Source: an uncultured Pseudomonadota bacterium
GTDB lineage: Bacteria > Oederibacteriota > Muellerivitia > Muellerivitales > Muellerivitaceae
Direction: 5' to 3'
Length of the DNA stretch: 64,000 nt
Assembly (NCBI GenBank): GCA_963770835.1
Contig: CAVYRH010000007.1
Coordinates: 96,001-160,000, forward strand
The position numbers were made by a program, and so were the translations under genes. Below, piece by piece: positions 39,075 through 49,714 of this stretch; within the stretch, counting starts at the first letter, position 1; each line of letters begins with the position of its first letter. The notes below the pieces were generated by a model, which worked only from the letters and a program-made list of their open reading frames with translations, was not told the DNA's origin and made no database searches.

Positions 39075-40273
39075 GGAGCAAATCCCTGGAACCATGGCAC
39101 TGGAGTTGGGATGGGATTTTGTGTTTGGGGTTCAGGAGCCGGAGCGAGGTTTCCTAAGATAACCACATTGGCATCCCGTTCGAAGGCGTCCTGCCACGTG
39201 GCGCCATCATCGGAGGAAACAGCTTCACGGGAAAGGTGGGCACCGCCGTCAAAACTTAGGTCGGCGGCTTCGGCGAGGCCCCCAGAGTTTCCGACTTCTG
39301 AAATCAAATAGCAATCCTCACAACCTGGCGCTTGGGTGGAAGCCCGCCCCGAGTTTGTTTGAAAAGCCACATAGCGGCATTCGGCGGGAAATTCTTGGGG
39401 CTGGTCTTCCTTTTTGACACCAATCGTTACCCATTGGTATTCTTCCTTTACTTGTGTGGGAACCGCAGCCAGCCCCGAAAAGGCGAGGATGATTTTGTGT
39501 TGGAGAAAATTGATAGTATAAACCCTGTAATGGAGCGGTTCGGTGGGATGTCCTTGCTTGCGGACGCGAAGGGCGAAACCGGCGGGTATCAGGCCGCTAT
39601 GGGGGTGCAGTACCTCGCCACTGAGGACATCGTTCGCAGGGTCATTGGGTGTTCCGCTTCCATGGATGGGAAGCTCGCCGAAACTGTCGTAGGGAATCCC
39701 CTGGTACTTGGAACCGCTTGCGTTTAGGGCGAAGAGGGGTTGTTGATCGAGAACCCGCCACTTTCCACCTTCCATTACAAGGACATTCAATTGTGGATCG
39801 GGTTTTTCGTCCCGCGGGTCGAAGGCATTGAGGTGATCCCCATAAGCCACGGCCGCGAAGTGATGTGTATTGATGACTCCCACGGGGTGCTGCCCACCAC
39901 GGGTAACGTCCTGTTCCACGACAATGTGATAAACCTTACCGGTCAAAAGGGATAGGTTGTTGATCGGAACAGTGGCCCAACAGCCGCCCTTGGGCGTCAC
40001 ACTGGAGGATTCCAGGGGTATTGAGGAAGGAACCCCTTTTTCATCTTCCTCCAAACTCACCTTGTATCCGGGGGGATCCTGGGCTTTTTCACAATAAAAA
40101 GAAACACCGATGAGTTCCATATCTTGACGGCAGGTAAATCGGAGGGAGATTTTTTTGGCCTGGTTGTCAAGCGGGATGGAAAGGCGGGAATTAAGAACGA
40201 AGTGACAACCGAAATCGGCATGGGCCCAAGAAGTTAAAAAAAGAAAAGGGGCCAACCACATTAAAAATTTCAT
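39071..40273 (-). CDS. Hypothetical exported protein
   Basis: MKFLMWLAPFLFLTSWAHA signal peptide from ATG 40273; Pro/Thr-rich C-terminus. Confidence 0.7.
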   Translation of the reverse strand: MKFLMWLAPFLFLTSWAHADFGCHFVLNSRLSIPLDNQAKKISLRFTCRQDMELIGVSFYCEKAQDPPGYKVSLEEDEKGVPSSIPLESSSVTPKGGCWATVPINNLSLLTGKVYHIVVEQDVTRGGQHPVGVINTHHFAAVAYGDHLNAFDPRDEKPDPQLNVLVMEGGKWRVLDQQPLFALNASGSKYQGIPYDSFGELPIHGSGTPNDPANDVLSGEVLHPHSGLIPAGFALRVRKQGHPTEPLHYRVYTINFLQHKIILAFSGLAAVPTQVKEEYQWVTIGVKKEDQPQEFPAECRYVAFQTNSGRASTQAPGCEDCYLISEVGNSGGLAEAADLSFDGGAHLSREAVSSDDGATWQDAFERDANVVILGNLAPAPEPQTQNPIPTPVPWFQGFAP

Positions 40274-40803
40274 GAAAGATCCAAACCGAAGGAAGTTTTG
40301 CAACGTTGAATGATAGCATGATTGGCAAATGTATCGGGCCTGGCCAGCGGGCTTTACTTCGTGGTGGTGGCCATACCAGATACCAATGGATACTTCCTCC
40401 AGAAACAAGAGACCCAGATTGTGGTTGAAAGATAAATGAAAGCTTTGAACTTTTATAGGGTATGTTTTAAGATGTCGCAGGATATTATTGATTTCCAGTA
40501 GTGTTGAAACAGCTTTCCTCATGGTTGACTTTAATTCATCTCAGACCCTGCCCGGCCTTTGATCTCCTAAACCTAAAAATCGCTTCGATATGATTTAAAT
40601 CAGCATTAAAGATTATAAAAAACTGTAGTTTTTTTATGATTTATTAGTCAAAAACTGACATGAGATGGCTTTTGTGAAAGCCGGGTAAATTTTTCACGAA
40701 CAACTTCTTGAAATTAAGGGGTTTTTAGCGATGCTATTGGCAGGGAAAATGCATCTTGAAAGGTTTGATACTGTCGTTTTATCGATAAATAAAACAGGGT
40801 CAA

Positions 40804-43800
40804 ATGGTTAACCGAATTTTTAAATATCTCATCGGCTTAAAACAATTTTCGTTGCCCGCCAAACTAGCGGTTGGATTTTTGGTTCTTTTACTCCCGGCCT
40901 TGGCCTTGGCCAATGCGACGCTTACCAGTGTCACCGTTTCCAACTCGAACCCAACCCCAGGTTCGGTTATCGGCGTAACGTTGATCTATTGCGAAAGCAA
41001 CACTTACACACAGCCCTTTTTCATGGTGGCTTTTAACCCCTCCTCCACGACCATCCAATCCTGCCCTGCCGCCAACCAAGTATTTGTTGTGGATACAAAC
41101 ACGCCGGCGGGAAACCCCTCCAATTCCACGGCTGTTGATGATACTCAATTTTCAGGTAATGGTTTTGGAGGCACCAATACAGAAGCCGCCGCGACTTGTC
41201 CGCAGACCCAGGTGTGGACCATTACGGTACCGACCAACCTTACGTCCGGAGCTTATAACTTAATCGTGGAGGAAAATGATTGGAGCATCCAATGTACAAA
41301 TTCTTATCCTTCGGTTTCCACGGTGGTCACCGTTCCTCTTCCGCCCCCCAGTTACACCATTTTTAAATCAGCTGAATCAAATTCAGCCCAGCCCAATGAT
41401 CTCATCCTGTTTAAAATCGATTACACCTTTACCAACACCCATAATTTTCAAATAACCGATACGGTTCCCCCCGATACAACCCTTGTTTCCGCCGGTCCCC
41501 CGGCGGTTTATAGTGGCGCGGCCCCAGGCGCCGGGCCCGGCAGCGGATTGACTTGGACCTTGGGAAACGCCACCAATCCTCAGACAGGCGAGGTTTGGAT
41601 GCTGGTAAGGGTTGACAGCCCATTGGCGGCGGGCACGACCATTCCCAACTTTGCCACCGCCAGTTCCACGGAGGTCGGAACCCAAAATTCGAACACCTCC
41701 ATTGCTACGGTTGGCGCTGGATTCCAAGTCAATAAGAGTGAAACGGCGGCGAGCCTGAATCCAGGACAAACGGAAAGCTACACTTTAAATTACAGCATCA
41801 GTGGCTCCAGCCTTCAGGATTTTGATTCCTATGATTATGACCCGGTCAGTATGGGCTATACCAACATCACAGGGTTCGATGGAACCACTTATGGCCCACC
41901 CATTTCTTCAGGAAACTTGGGGACTTGGCAAATCGTCGGCGGCGCCAACGGGGACAACTACATCAAGGTCAACGGCAATGGTTCCTATCCTTCCCTTTTG
42001 CGGAACCAGCCCACCGCCCTTTGCCCCCAGACCTCCGCTTATGTGGTGGAAGGGGACTTAATGGTGGACCCCGGCAACAACTGCGGAAGCAGTGGCTGCG
42101 ACGCGACGATGGTCGTGAGGTCCGATTGTGCCGCCGCCGGGTCCAACAGCTATATGGTGGGGATTTCCGTTGATAATTTTTTTGGAACAGCGACGGAGCA
42201 TTTCGGCCTCCAAAAATCATCCGGTGGAACGGTCAGCTGGCCTGCGGCCTCCTTCACAACGGGGGTTGGTACCGAACCAACGATCAACGCGGGAGAGTGG
42301 TATACGGTCAAGGCTTTGCTTCAACCCAATGGAACGGGCGGGGTCAGCATTTCCCTGGAAGTTTGGCCGACCGGAACAACAGAACCCGGCTTTTTCGTCT
42401 TTTACAACGATACGACACCGCCTCCTTGCACCGGTTGCGGGGAAGTTGGATGGCAGGGTGACAATTCCTTGGATGAGTACGACAACCTCAAAATTTACGG
42501 GCCCGACCCCTCCATCAACACCACCCTTTACGATGCAGTGCCCGCAGGGGTGAGTTTCATTGCTTCCAGCCTGGCGCCTTCCACCGGGGCCCCAAATTTA
42601 AGTTGGTCCTTCCCGGGAACGATTTATAACACGGCTGGTTCCATCACCTGGACGGGTGCGGTTACATGCACAGGCGCAGCCATTACGAACGTCGCGGCCA
42701 TTAACTCCACTAATTCTCCCCAGACGGTTCTTTCCAATTCAGTGACGTTAGTGGTGTCCTGTTTTACCAATACTCCCACCAATACCCCCACAAATACCCC
42801 GACCTTTACCTCCACTAACACGCCCACTAACACAGCCACGCCCACGCCGACCTTTACGCCAACGAATACGGCCACGAATACACCAACCCAAACTCCAACC
42901 AACACCCCGACCAATACCCCGACAGTTACGCCCACCTACACCCCCACCAATACGCCGACTGTGACCGATACCTATACGCCCACCAACACCCCTACCGATA
43001 CACCCACTCCGACACCCACCTTTACTCCCACGGCGACCCCCACTGATACCTTCAATAACTCCCCTACCCCCACCAACACGCCGACCATTACCCCGACTTT
43101 TACCCCGACCTCTACCCCCACCAACACCTCAACGGTTACCCCCACATTCACTCCCACTAATACCGCGACCAATACTCCCACGCCCACCGTGACGAACACA
43201 CCCACCAATACCCCCACGCTTACCCCGACGGCGACACCCACCAACACTTTCGTGCCGACCGCCACGAATACGTCCACCAATACGCCGACCTTGACCTCCA
43301 CCAATACGCCGACCTTGACTCCGACTTTCACATCCACCTTTACGCCCACCTTGACTCCGACCTTGACGCCGACCGCAACGCTCACCCTGACGCCGACATC
43401 CACCCCCACGCCCTTGGTTGTGGTCAATATCGGAAAGACCGTTTCGGACCAGTCCCCGTCGTCCAATGAGGTCCTGACCTACCATGTCAACATCACTGTG
43501 CCGGACAGCCCAGCGTCGGGCGTCACCATAACCGACACGGTGCCGGCAGGATTGACGTTCCAATCCATGGCCGCAGTTTCCAATCCGCCCGGCCCAGTTG
43601 TCACTTCCGTCATCCCCCTGCCTACCCCGGGCTCCACACCGGGCACGGGGACTCTCCTAGTTTGGGCTTTCCCCGGGCCGATCCCGCCCGGCAACTACAC
43701 GCTCAATTACACCGCGGCGGTGACCAATTTCTCGCCGGCCGGGGAAGTGATCACCAACCAGGCGGCCCTGGTCTATTCCCAGAGCCCGGTTCCGCAGGTG

Positions 43801-44733
43801 GCCCAAGTGGCTTCGACCGTGACGGGCAACTACACGGTCCGGATTAATGTGTATAACGAGGCGGGCGAGGTCGTGAAAACGATCCTCCTCCAGCAGTATT
43901 CCCAGCCCATCCAGAGCGTTAACCTGGAAAGCAGCGATACGCTTGTATCCATCAACGACAAAATCCAAATCGTGTACCAGGGGCAGGTCATCGGCACTTG
44001 GGATGGGACGGACAACAACGGACAGGAAGTCACAAACGGGAAGTATTACATCAAAATCGATAACGTCGCCTTGAATGGATCTGTCACCTCGATTACGCAG
44101 GTGGCCATGGTGGCCCGGCATTTGGCCAATGTTACGGTAAACATCTATAACGAAGTTGGGGAGCTGGTGCGGCACCTGGACACGGTGACGGCGGATGCAG
44201 TGACCCTGGCGACGGGAGTGGGTCTTTCCAGCACAACCATTTCGCCCAGTTACCAATCAGGAGGGGTCAACTCGGATTTGAAGATTACCCTTTCCAACGG
44301 GACGACGGTGGTATGGGACGGCCGAAACGACAGTGGACAAATCGTGGCCAACGGCCAGTATTTCCTGGAAGTTCAATCCAACGACGGCCAGGGCGGGACC
44401 TCGACGGTGACCAAGCAAGTCAACGTGTTCCACCAGGGCGTAAACCTTACGAGTTCGCCGGTGGTTGTCTATCCCAACCCCGACAGCCAGCGGGTGAACG
44501 GGCCCGTGATTTATTTCGTGACGGACCCGAGTTTGACCTTGAATGTAAACCTCTACACCATAGCGGGAGAACTGCTACCGGGCGTCAATCTGGTTCCGGA
44601 GGGCAATGGGGTCTACAAGTGGGACTTCACCGGAAGGGACGTCGCCAGCGGGCTTTACCTGGCGGACATCAAGATTACCGACTCCCTGGGCGGCTTCCAG
44701 CGGCAGATCACCAAGATCATGATCGTTCACTAA
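40804..44733 (+). CDS. Large exported/surface protein: DUF11-like Ig domains, Thr/Pro linker, two FlgD-Ig-like domains, T9SS-CTD-like C-terminus
   Basis: Signal peptide; ITDTVP.G repeats; [18 protein letters not shown] twice; terminal VYPNP...LYTIAGE...ASGLY...KIMIVH. Confidence 0.85.
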   Translation: MVNRIFKYLIGLKQFSLPAKLAVGFLVLLLPALALANATLTSVTVSNSNPTPGSVIGVTLIYCESNTYTQPFFMVAFNPSSTTIQSCPAANQVFVVDTNTPAGNPSNSTAVDDTQFSGNGFGGTNTEAAATCPQTQVWTITVPTNLTSGAYNLIVEENDWSIQCTNSYPSVSTVVTVPLPPPSYTIFKSAESNSAQPNDLILFKIDYTFTNTHNFQITDTVPPDTTLVSAGPPAVYSGAAPGAGPGSGLTWTLGNATNPQTGEVWMLVRVDSPLAAGTTIPNFATASSTEVGTQNSNTSIATVGAGFQVNKSETAASLNPGQTESYTLNYSISGSSLQDFDSYDYDPVSMGYTNITGFDGTTYGPPISSGNLGTWQIVGGANGDNYIKVNGNGSYPSLLRNQPTALCPQTSAYVVEGDLMVDPGNNCGSSGCDATMVVRSDCAAAGSNSYMVGISVDNFFGTATEHFGLQKSSGGTVSWPAASFTTGVGTEPTINAGEWYTVKALLQPNGTGGVSISLEVWPTGTTEPGFFVFYNDTTPPPCTGCGEVGWQGDNSLDEYDNLKIYGPDPSINTTLYDAVPAGVSFIASSLAPSTGAPNLSWSFPGTIYNTAGSITWTGAVTCTGAAITNVAAINSTNSPQTVLSNSVTLVVSCFTNTPTNTPTNTPTFTSTNTPTNTATPTPTFTPTNTATNTPTQTPTNTPTNTPTVTPTYTPTNTPTVTDTYTPTNTPTDTPTPTPTFTPTATPTDTFNNSPTPTNTPTITPTFTPTSTPTNTSTVTPTFTPTNTATNTPTPTVTNTPTNTPTLTPTATPTNTFVPTATNTSTNTPTLTSTNTPTLTPTFTSTFTPTLTPTLTPTATLTLTPTSTPTPLVVVNIGKTVSDQSPSSNEVLTYHVNITVPDSPASGVTITDTVPAGLTFQSMAAVSNPPGPVVTSVIPLPTPGSTPGTGTLLVWAFPGPIPPGNYTLNYTAAVTNFSPAGEVITNQAALVYSQSPVPQVAQVASTVTGNYTVRINVYNEAGEVVKTILLQQYSQPIQSVNLESSDTLVSINDKIQIVYQGQVIGTWDGTDNNGQEVTNGKYYIKIDNVALNGSVTSITQVAMVARHLANVTVNIYNEVGELVRHLDTVTADAVTLATGVGLSSTTISPSYQSGGVNSDLKITLSNGTTVVWDGRNDSGQIVANGQYFLEVQSNDGQGGTSTVTKQVNVFHQGVNLTSSPVVVYPNPDSQRVNGPVIYFVTDPSLTLNVNLYTIAGELLPGVNLVPEGNGVYKWDFTGRDVASGLYLADIKITDSLGGFQRQITKIMIVH
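42765..43413 (+). repeat. Coding low-complexity Thr/Pro repeat (TNTP/TPT units, over 200 aa)
   Basis: Degenerate short tandem repeats encoding [13 protein letters not shown]..., synonymously diversified. Confidence 0.9.
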
Positions 44734-44858
44734 TTCTTTTCCTCTTAGTGTTAAAGCAAAAGGGCCCACTTTCTCCAGATCTTCCTATTTCGACCGCAAA
44801 AAAATTTCCAAGGTTATAATCGCATGCGAGCAGGCAATTGCGCCGCGGGGAGGGAATC

Positions 44859-46142
44859 TTGGAGAAAAAAAACTGGGTCTTGGCAGGTTTGGTCTTGGCG
44901 GCGGGCCTTATGGCGGGTTGTTCCAGCCACAAATCGGGGCCCGACCTCCGGTGCATCGGCTGGGGCGGCAAGGAAGAGGCGGTTATCCTCCAGCAGGCGG
45001 TTGATGAATTTAAGGAAGCCCACCCTGGCGCGGAAGTCGAACTGGACAGGGCGCCTTACGCCGAATATATCACCAAAGTCTTAACCCAATTTTCCGGCGG
45101 CATGGCGCCCGATGTCATGGCGGTAAACGCCGAACAAATGATGGCTTTCGCTTCCAGAGGGGTTTTCGTCGATCTCAAGCCCTACCTGGACAAGGACACT
45201 ACCCTCAAGGCTTCCGATTTCTATCCCGAAGCCATCGACCATTACACCGTGAACGGCGTCTTGACCGCCTTGCCCCGGGATATCGCACCCATCGCAGTGG
45301 TCTATTACAATAAAAAAAAATTTGACGAAGCGGGAGTACCATACCCCAAGGACGATTGGACCATGGATGATCTTTTGGCCACCGCCCAGAAGCTCACAAA
45401 AAAAGACGCCACGGGGAAAATCACACAGTTTGGTTTTGTGGGGTCGGACAATTCGCCTTCCTGGGACGCTTGGGTCTATGCTTGGGGCGGCGCCTTAGTT
45501 GACAACGAGAAAAATCCGACCCGTTGCGTGGTGGACAGCCCCCAGGCCATCGCCGGGGTACAGTTCCTCTCGGACCTGGTGACGAAATACCATGTCATGC
45601 CGAGCCTGGCGAACCTCACTTCCATGGGAAGCATGGGCAACTCGGACCTTTTCACGAACGGGACAGTGGCCATGTTTTATTCCGGCATCTGGCTGACGCC
45701 CCAGTTCAGGCAGATCAAGGATTTCGATTGGGATGCGGTGGAATTCCCCAAGGGGCCCAATGGTCTAAGGTCCTTCCCCATGAGCGCGGCGGGCTACGGT
45801 ATCGTGAAAGGAACCAAGAACCCGCAACTGGCCTATGAGCTGGTGAAGTACCTTTCAGGGGAAACGGGTGAGAAACTAATGGCCTCGACCGGCCTGACCC
45901 AGCCGGCTTTGAAGGCCCTGGCTGCTTCACCTGTTTTTCTCGACGGCCAGCCTCCCAAGTCTAAGGGTTTCCTGGTGGACGCCGTAAAATTTGGACATTT
46001 TCAGCCCCTGGATCCGAACGTGCCCGAATGGAAGGCCCATATCGAATCCATATTAGACAGGGTTTGGTCGGGCGACGAAACCCCGGAAAAGGCCCTGAAA
46101 AAAGCGGCCGCCGAGGTCAACGAGAAGTTCTTCAAAAAGTAG
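44859..46142 (+). CDS. Sugar ABC transporter substrate-binding lipoprotein (family 1)
   Basis: Lipobox LMAGC, APDV, YYNKKKFDEAG, F..G.VAM; TTG start after GGGAGG. Confidence 0.9.
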   Translation: MEKKNWVLAGLVLAAGLMAGCSSHKSGPDLRCIGWGGKEEAVILQQAVDEFKEAHPGAEVELDRAPYAEYITKVLTQFSGGMAPDVMAVNAEQMMAFASRGVFVDLKPYLDKDTTLKASDFYPEAIDHYTVNGVLTALPRDIAPIAVVYYNKKKFDEAGVPYPKDDWTMDDLLATAQKLTKKDATGKITQFGFVGSDNSPSWDAWVYAWGGALVDNEKNPTRCVVDSPQAIAGVQFLSDLVTKYHVMPSLANLTSMGSMGNSDLFTNGTVAMFYSGIWLTPQFRQIKDFDWDAVEFPKGPNGLRSFPMSAAGYGIVKGTKNPQLAYELVKYLSGETGEKLMASTGLTQPALKALAASPVFLDGQPPKSKGFLVDAVKFGHFQPLDPNVPEWKAHIESILDRVWSGDETPEKALKKAAAEVNEKFFKK

Positions 46143-46181
46143 AGCTCTTTTATCGGGCTTCAGTTGTTGACGGGAATCTTA

Positions 46182-46976
46182 TCAGCGTTTTGGGCCGGGC
46201 TTGAAGGGCCTGAGGATTTCCAACATATGAGCGGGATCCAGCACCTCGATACAGTCCACGACTTGAGTGGCGGGAAAATCGTTTCCATCGGGTCCCAATT
46301 TATCCCCAAAAAACAACGCCTCGGAGGGTTTCAGACCGTTAGCCTCCAAAAAGCGGCGGATGCCGTAAGCCTTGTCGATACCCTTGGGCGTGATGTCGAT
46401 CGAAGTCGTGCCTCCGATGCGCATGGAATACTTATCCCCCAATCGTTCCCTTAAAAAGAAAAGCCACTCCCGCCGCCGCTTGCCGTCCGGATCCGCCGCC
46501 CTTTTCTTGTCGTCAGGGGCGTTGCGGCCCAGGATGGAGAGGGTGATCTGGCTGCCCCGGTCCTGAAGCTGGTCTTCCTTGGAAGTCAGGGGACGAATAT
46601 CGTAGGCGGCGATCAAGGCCTCCAGGGCCCCGAGAATCTCCTGGTGTTCCTGGATGCTGAATTCCACCTTGTATTGTTCCTTGAAAACGGGCTTACCCCT
46701 GGCATATTCCACCCTCACGTATTGGGCGCCGGAGACGGGCAGGAGGTGGTGGGGAACCCCGAGGAAAGGGGTCAATTGGGCGGAAATTTGATCCAAGCTG
46801 CTTCCGCTGATAAAGGCGAAGGCACAACCCCCGTTGACCACGCGGGCGATCTCCCGGGCGAGGTCGTGGCCGAGGGGCTGGGTACTGGGGCAAACCGTGT
46901 CATCCACGTCCGCGATCAGGGTCCGAATTCCATCCCGCGCTTGCCGCTGAATTTCATCCGACGATTTAAAAATCAT
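46182..46976 (-). CDS. HAD-IIB hydrolase, eukaryotic-type phosphomannomutase-like
   Basis: DVDDT, ISG, QDRGSQITLS, GGTTSIDI, DK, FFGDK..PDGND. Confidence 0.8.
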   Translation of the reverse strand: MIFKSSDEIQRQARDGIRTLIADVDDTVCPSTQPLGHDLAREIARVVNGGCAFAFISGSSLDQISAQLTPFLGVPHHLLPVSGAQYVRVEYARGKPVFKEQYKVEFSIQEHQEILGALEALIAAYDIRPLTSKEDQLQDRGSQITLSILGRNAPDDKKRAADPDGKRRREWLFFLRERLGDKYSMRIGGTTSIDITPKGIDKAYGIRRFLEANGLKPSEALFFGDKLGPDGNDFPATQVVDCIEVLDPAHMLEILRPFKPGPKR

Positions 46977-47139
46977 ACCGGAATATTTTAACCGACTCCG
47001 GGGATTTTATCCTGAAAACGATTGGTAAAGCCTTTTAACCCTGGAGGGGTTTCGGTTATCTTATGTCCGAAAAAAGGTTTTTCCGAAGAGCCCTAAGCGA
47101 GGGCGGCATGAAGTCCTGAATACCCCTGAAGGAGCGGCC

Positions 47140-49707
47140 TTGTCCCAAAATTCCCTCGACGGTGAATGGAAATTCCGGGTGGCGGGGTCCCTGAAGGGCG
47201 CGGCCCCGAAGGACCGGGGGCTTTCCCAATGGATGCCGGCCACTATGCCGGGCACGATCCACTACCAGCTCCAAAAGCTGTGGAAAATTCCCGACCCTTT
47301 TTATGGCCGTAACGAGCTGAACCTCCAATGGATCGACGAGCAGGATTGGGAACTCACCAAGACGGTCCGAATCACCCGCGACGCGGCGGTCTCCGATAGG
47401 CAAGAACTGGTTTTCGACGGGATCGACACCATCGCTGAAATTTTCCTGAACGGGAAGAGGGTGGGAAGATCCTTCAACATGTTCCGCCAGGTGGTCCTGG
47501 ACGTCCGGGGGAAGCTGAGGGCCGGTTCCAATGAAATCCGCGTTTTGCTGAAAAGCCCCACCCGCTATGCCAGGGCCCAGGCGGCCAAAAACCATTACAA
47601 AGCCAACACGGACAAGGAATTCAAATGGGAGACCGGCGAGGCGCGGGAAAGCCGCCGCTCCTGGATCCGGAAGGTCCAATGCCAATTCGGTTGGGATTGG
47701 GGGGTCTACCTCGCAACCTCGGGCCTTTGGCGCCCGTCCCGGCTGGAATGTTCCGACGCCCCCCGCATCGCCTCCCTGCAGACCCGGCAAATCCACCATG
47801 GGCCCCCGGAAAATCCGGACCGGGTCAATCTCCAGGTAAGGGTCCGCCTGCAAGCCCGGGATCCCCAAGAAGGTTTCTTGGAGGTCCGTTGCGGCGGGGA
47901 AGAGAAAAAGATCAGGGCCCGCTTAAAGCGCGGCGAAAATATCCTCCAAGCCGATATTGTCCTGAAAAAACCGAAGCTTTGGTGGCCGGCGGGCCAGGGA
48001 AACCAGTCCCTTTATGGCCTTGAGGCGGTTTGGCGGGGCGATGAGGGCGGAACAAGCGGCCTGGCCAAGCGCCTGGGCTTGAGGACGCTCGAATTGGTCA
48101 CAGCCAAGGACCGGCCGGGGTTCGAATCCTTTTTCTTCAAGGTCAACAGCAGGCCGGTTTTCATGAAGGGCGCCAATTGGATTCCCGCCGACGCTCTCAT
48201 CGACCGCTGCACCCCTGATAGGTACCGCCATTGGCTGACTTCCATGGTCCGGGCCCACATGAATATGGTGAGAGTCTGGGGCGGCGGCCAGTACGAGCTG
48301 GATGTTTTTTACAACCTCTGCGACGAACTGGGAATCCTCGTCTGGCAGGATTTCATGATGGCCTGCGCCCTCTATCCCGACACCCCGGACTTTATCCAGG
48401 AATTGACCGAGGAGGCCCGCTACCAGGTGCGCCGCCTTTCGGACCACCCTTGCCTGGCCCTCTGGTGCGGCGACAACGAAGACCTGGGGGGCGTGAAGCA
48501 TTGGTGGCAACCGGGCGGTTCGCTCCAAACCACTGTCGCCGAGGCGCGACGCTACCCCGCCATGTACAAGAAGGTCCTGAATGCCATTAAGGAAACCTGC
48601 GAGGCCGAGGACCCCAGCCGCCGCTTTTGGCTTTCCAGCCCCTCCAACGGTTCCTTCGAGGGGGACCCGGACGACCCCAACCGGGGCGACGTGCATTACT
48701 GGAAGGTTTGGCATGGCGGCAAGCCCTTCAGCGACTATTTGACGGTTAAACCCCGTTTCGTCTCCGAGTTCGGGTTCCAGTCCTTTCCCGAACCCCGTAC
48801 GCTGGAGGATGTGATCCCGGCCAAGGAAATGAACCCTTCCAGCTGGTTCATGGAGCACCATCAGCGTTCGCCCCAGGGCAACCTCTTAATCACCAATACC
48901 CTGGCGCGGGAGATGCCCATCCCCAATGACTTCGAAAGCTTCTGCCTGGCCTCCCAAATCAACCAGGCCATGGCCATCCGCACAGCCGTGGAGCATTGGC
49001 GCCGCATCAAGCCCTGGTGCATGGGAACCCTCTATTGGCAGGTGAACGACCTTTGGCCGGTGGCGTCTTGGAGCTCCATGGATTACCACGGGCGCTGGAA
49101 AGTCCTGCACCACGAGGCCCAGAGGTTCTTCGCACCGCTTTTGGTGTCCATCGAGAAAAAGGGAAATATGGTTTCGGTTTGGGCCACCAGCGACCTTCCG
49201 CGGTCCTTGGTCCTGAAGGGACGGTTGGAAGCGGTCACCTGGGGCGGGAACAAAGTTTTCCAGGCCGCCCTTCGGGGGGAACTGAAGCCGGGGGAGAGCA
49301 AGTGCCTGCTGACGGTACCCTTTTCGCGGCTGTTAAAAAAAGGAATGCACCCCCGGGAAGTCCTCTGTTTCGCCCAACTGGTAGGAGGGGTTGTCTGCGG
49401 TGAAAATTACACCGCCTTGGTGCCTTGGAAATGGGCTCCTGTAGAAAAGCCCCATGTGAAGGCCGAACTTCGGCAAGGCCTGGAGGGCTTTGAACTCCAC
49501 GTCCAGAGCCGGAACATCGTTCCTTTCTTTCACGCCCAATTAGAAGGTTGGGAAGGCCATTTCGCGGGGGATTGGAAGGTCCTAAAGCCGGGCGAACACA
49601 ATGTTTTCCGGTGGGTTCCCCATTTCCAAGAGGGACCATTGAAAGAATCCTTGGCCGATGCCAAGCGCCGCTTGCGAGTGACCAGTCTTTACAATCTTTG
49701 CCGATAG
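47140..49707 (+). CDS. GH2 beta-mannosidase
   Basis: FGWDWG, KGANWIP, NMVRVWGGG, WQDF, WCGDNE, FVSEFG, YWQVND.WP..SWSS.DY. Confidence 0.92.
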   Translation: MSQNSLDGEWKFRVAGSLKGAAPKDRGLSQWMPATMPGTIHYQLQKLWKIPDPFYGRNELNLQWIDEQDWELTKTVRITRDAAVSDRQELVFDGIDTIAEIFLNGKRVGRSFNMFRQVVLDVRGKLRAGSNEIRVLLKSPTRYARAQAAKNHYKANTDKEFKWETGEARESRRSWIRKVQCQFGWDWGVYLATSGLWRPSRLECSDAPRIASLQTRQIHHGPPENPDRVNLQVRVRLQARDPQEGFLEVRCGGEEKKIRARLKRGENILQADIVLKKPKLWWPAGQGNQSLYGLEAVWRGDEGGTSGLAKRLGLRTLELVTAKDRPGFESFFFKVNSRPVFMKGANWIPADALIDRCTPDRYRHWLTSMVRAHMNMVRVWGGGQYELDVFYNLCDELGILVWQDFMMACALYPDTPDFIQELTEEARYQVRRLSDHPCLALWCGDNEDLGGVKHWWQPGGSLQTTVAEARRYPAMYKKVLNAIKETCEAEDPSRRFWLSSPSNGSFEGDPDDPNRGDVHYWKVWHGGKPFSDYLTVKPRFVSEFGFQSFPEPRTLEDVIPAKEMNPSSWFMEHHQRSPQGNLLITNTLAREMPIPNDFESFCLASQINQAMAIRTAVEHWRRIKPWCMGTLYWQVNDLWPVASWSSMDYHGRWKVLHHEAQRFFAPLLVSIEKKGNMVSVWATSDLPRSLVLKGRLEAVTWGGNKVFQAALRGELKPGESKCLLTVPFSRLLKKGMHPREVLCFAQLVGGVVCGENYTALVPWKWAPVEKPHVKAELRQGLEGFELHVQSRNIVPFFHAQLEGWEGHFAGDWKVLKPGEHNVFRWVPHFQEGPLKESLADAKRRLRVTSLYNLCR

Positions 49708-49714
49708 GGAAATC

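Noticed and set aside
40274..40803. AT-rich 530-bp region and ORF extension to 40522
   Set aside because: Best read as a divergent promoter region; signal peptide starts at 40273; no RNA motif recognised
42624..43466. Val/Gly-repeat antisense ORFs; possible repeat array
   Set aside because: Reverse complement of the Thr/Pro coding repeat; no repeat-spacer structure, so not CRISPR
47069..47084. GAAAAAAGGTTTTTTC palindrome as a LacI-type operator
   Set aside because: Low complexity, lacks the central CG, no LacI regulator in the window
47056..48861. Long antisense ORFs (270 and 312 aa) over the beta-mannosidase
   Set aside because: Antisense shadows with no independent coding signal
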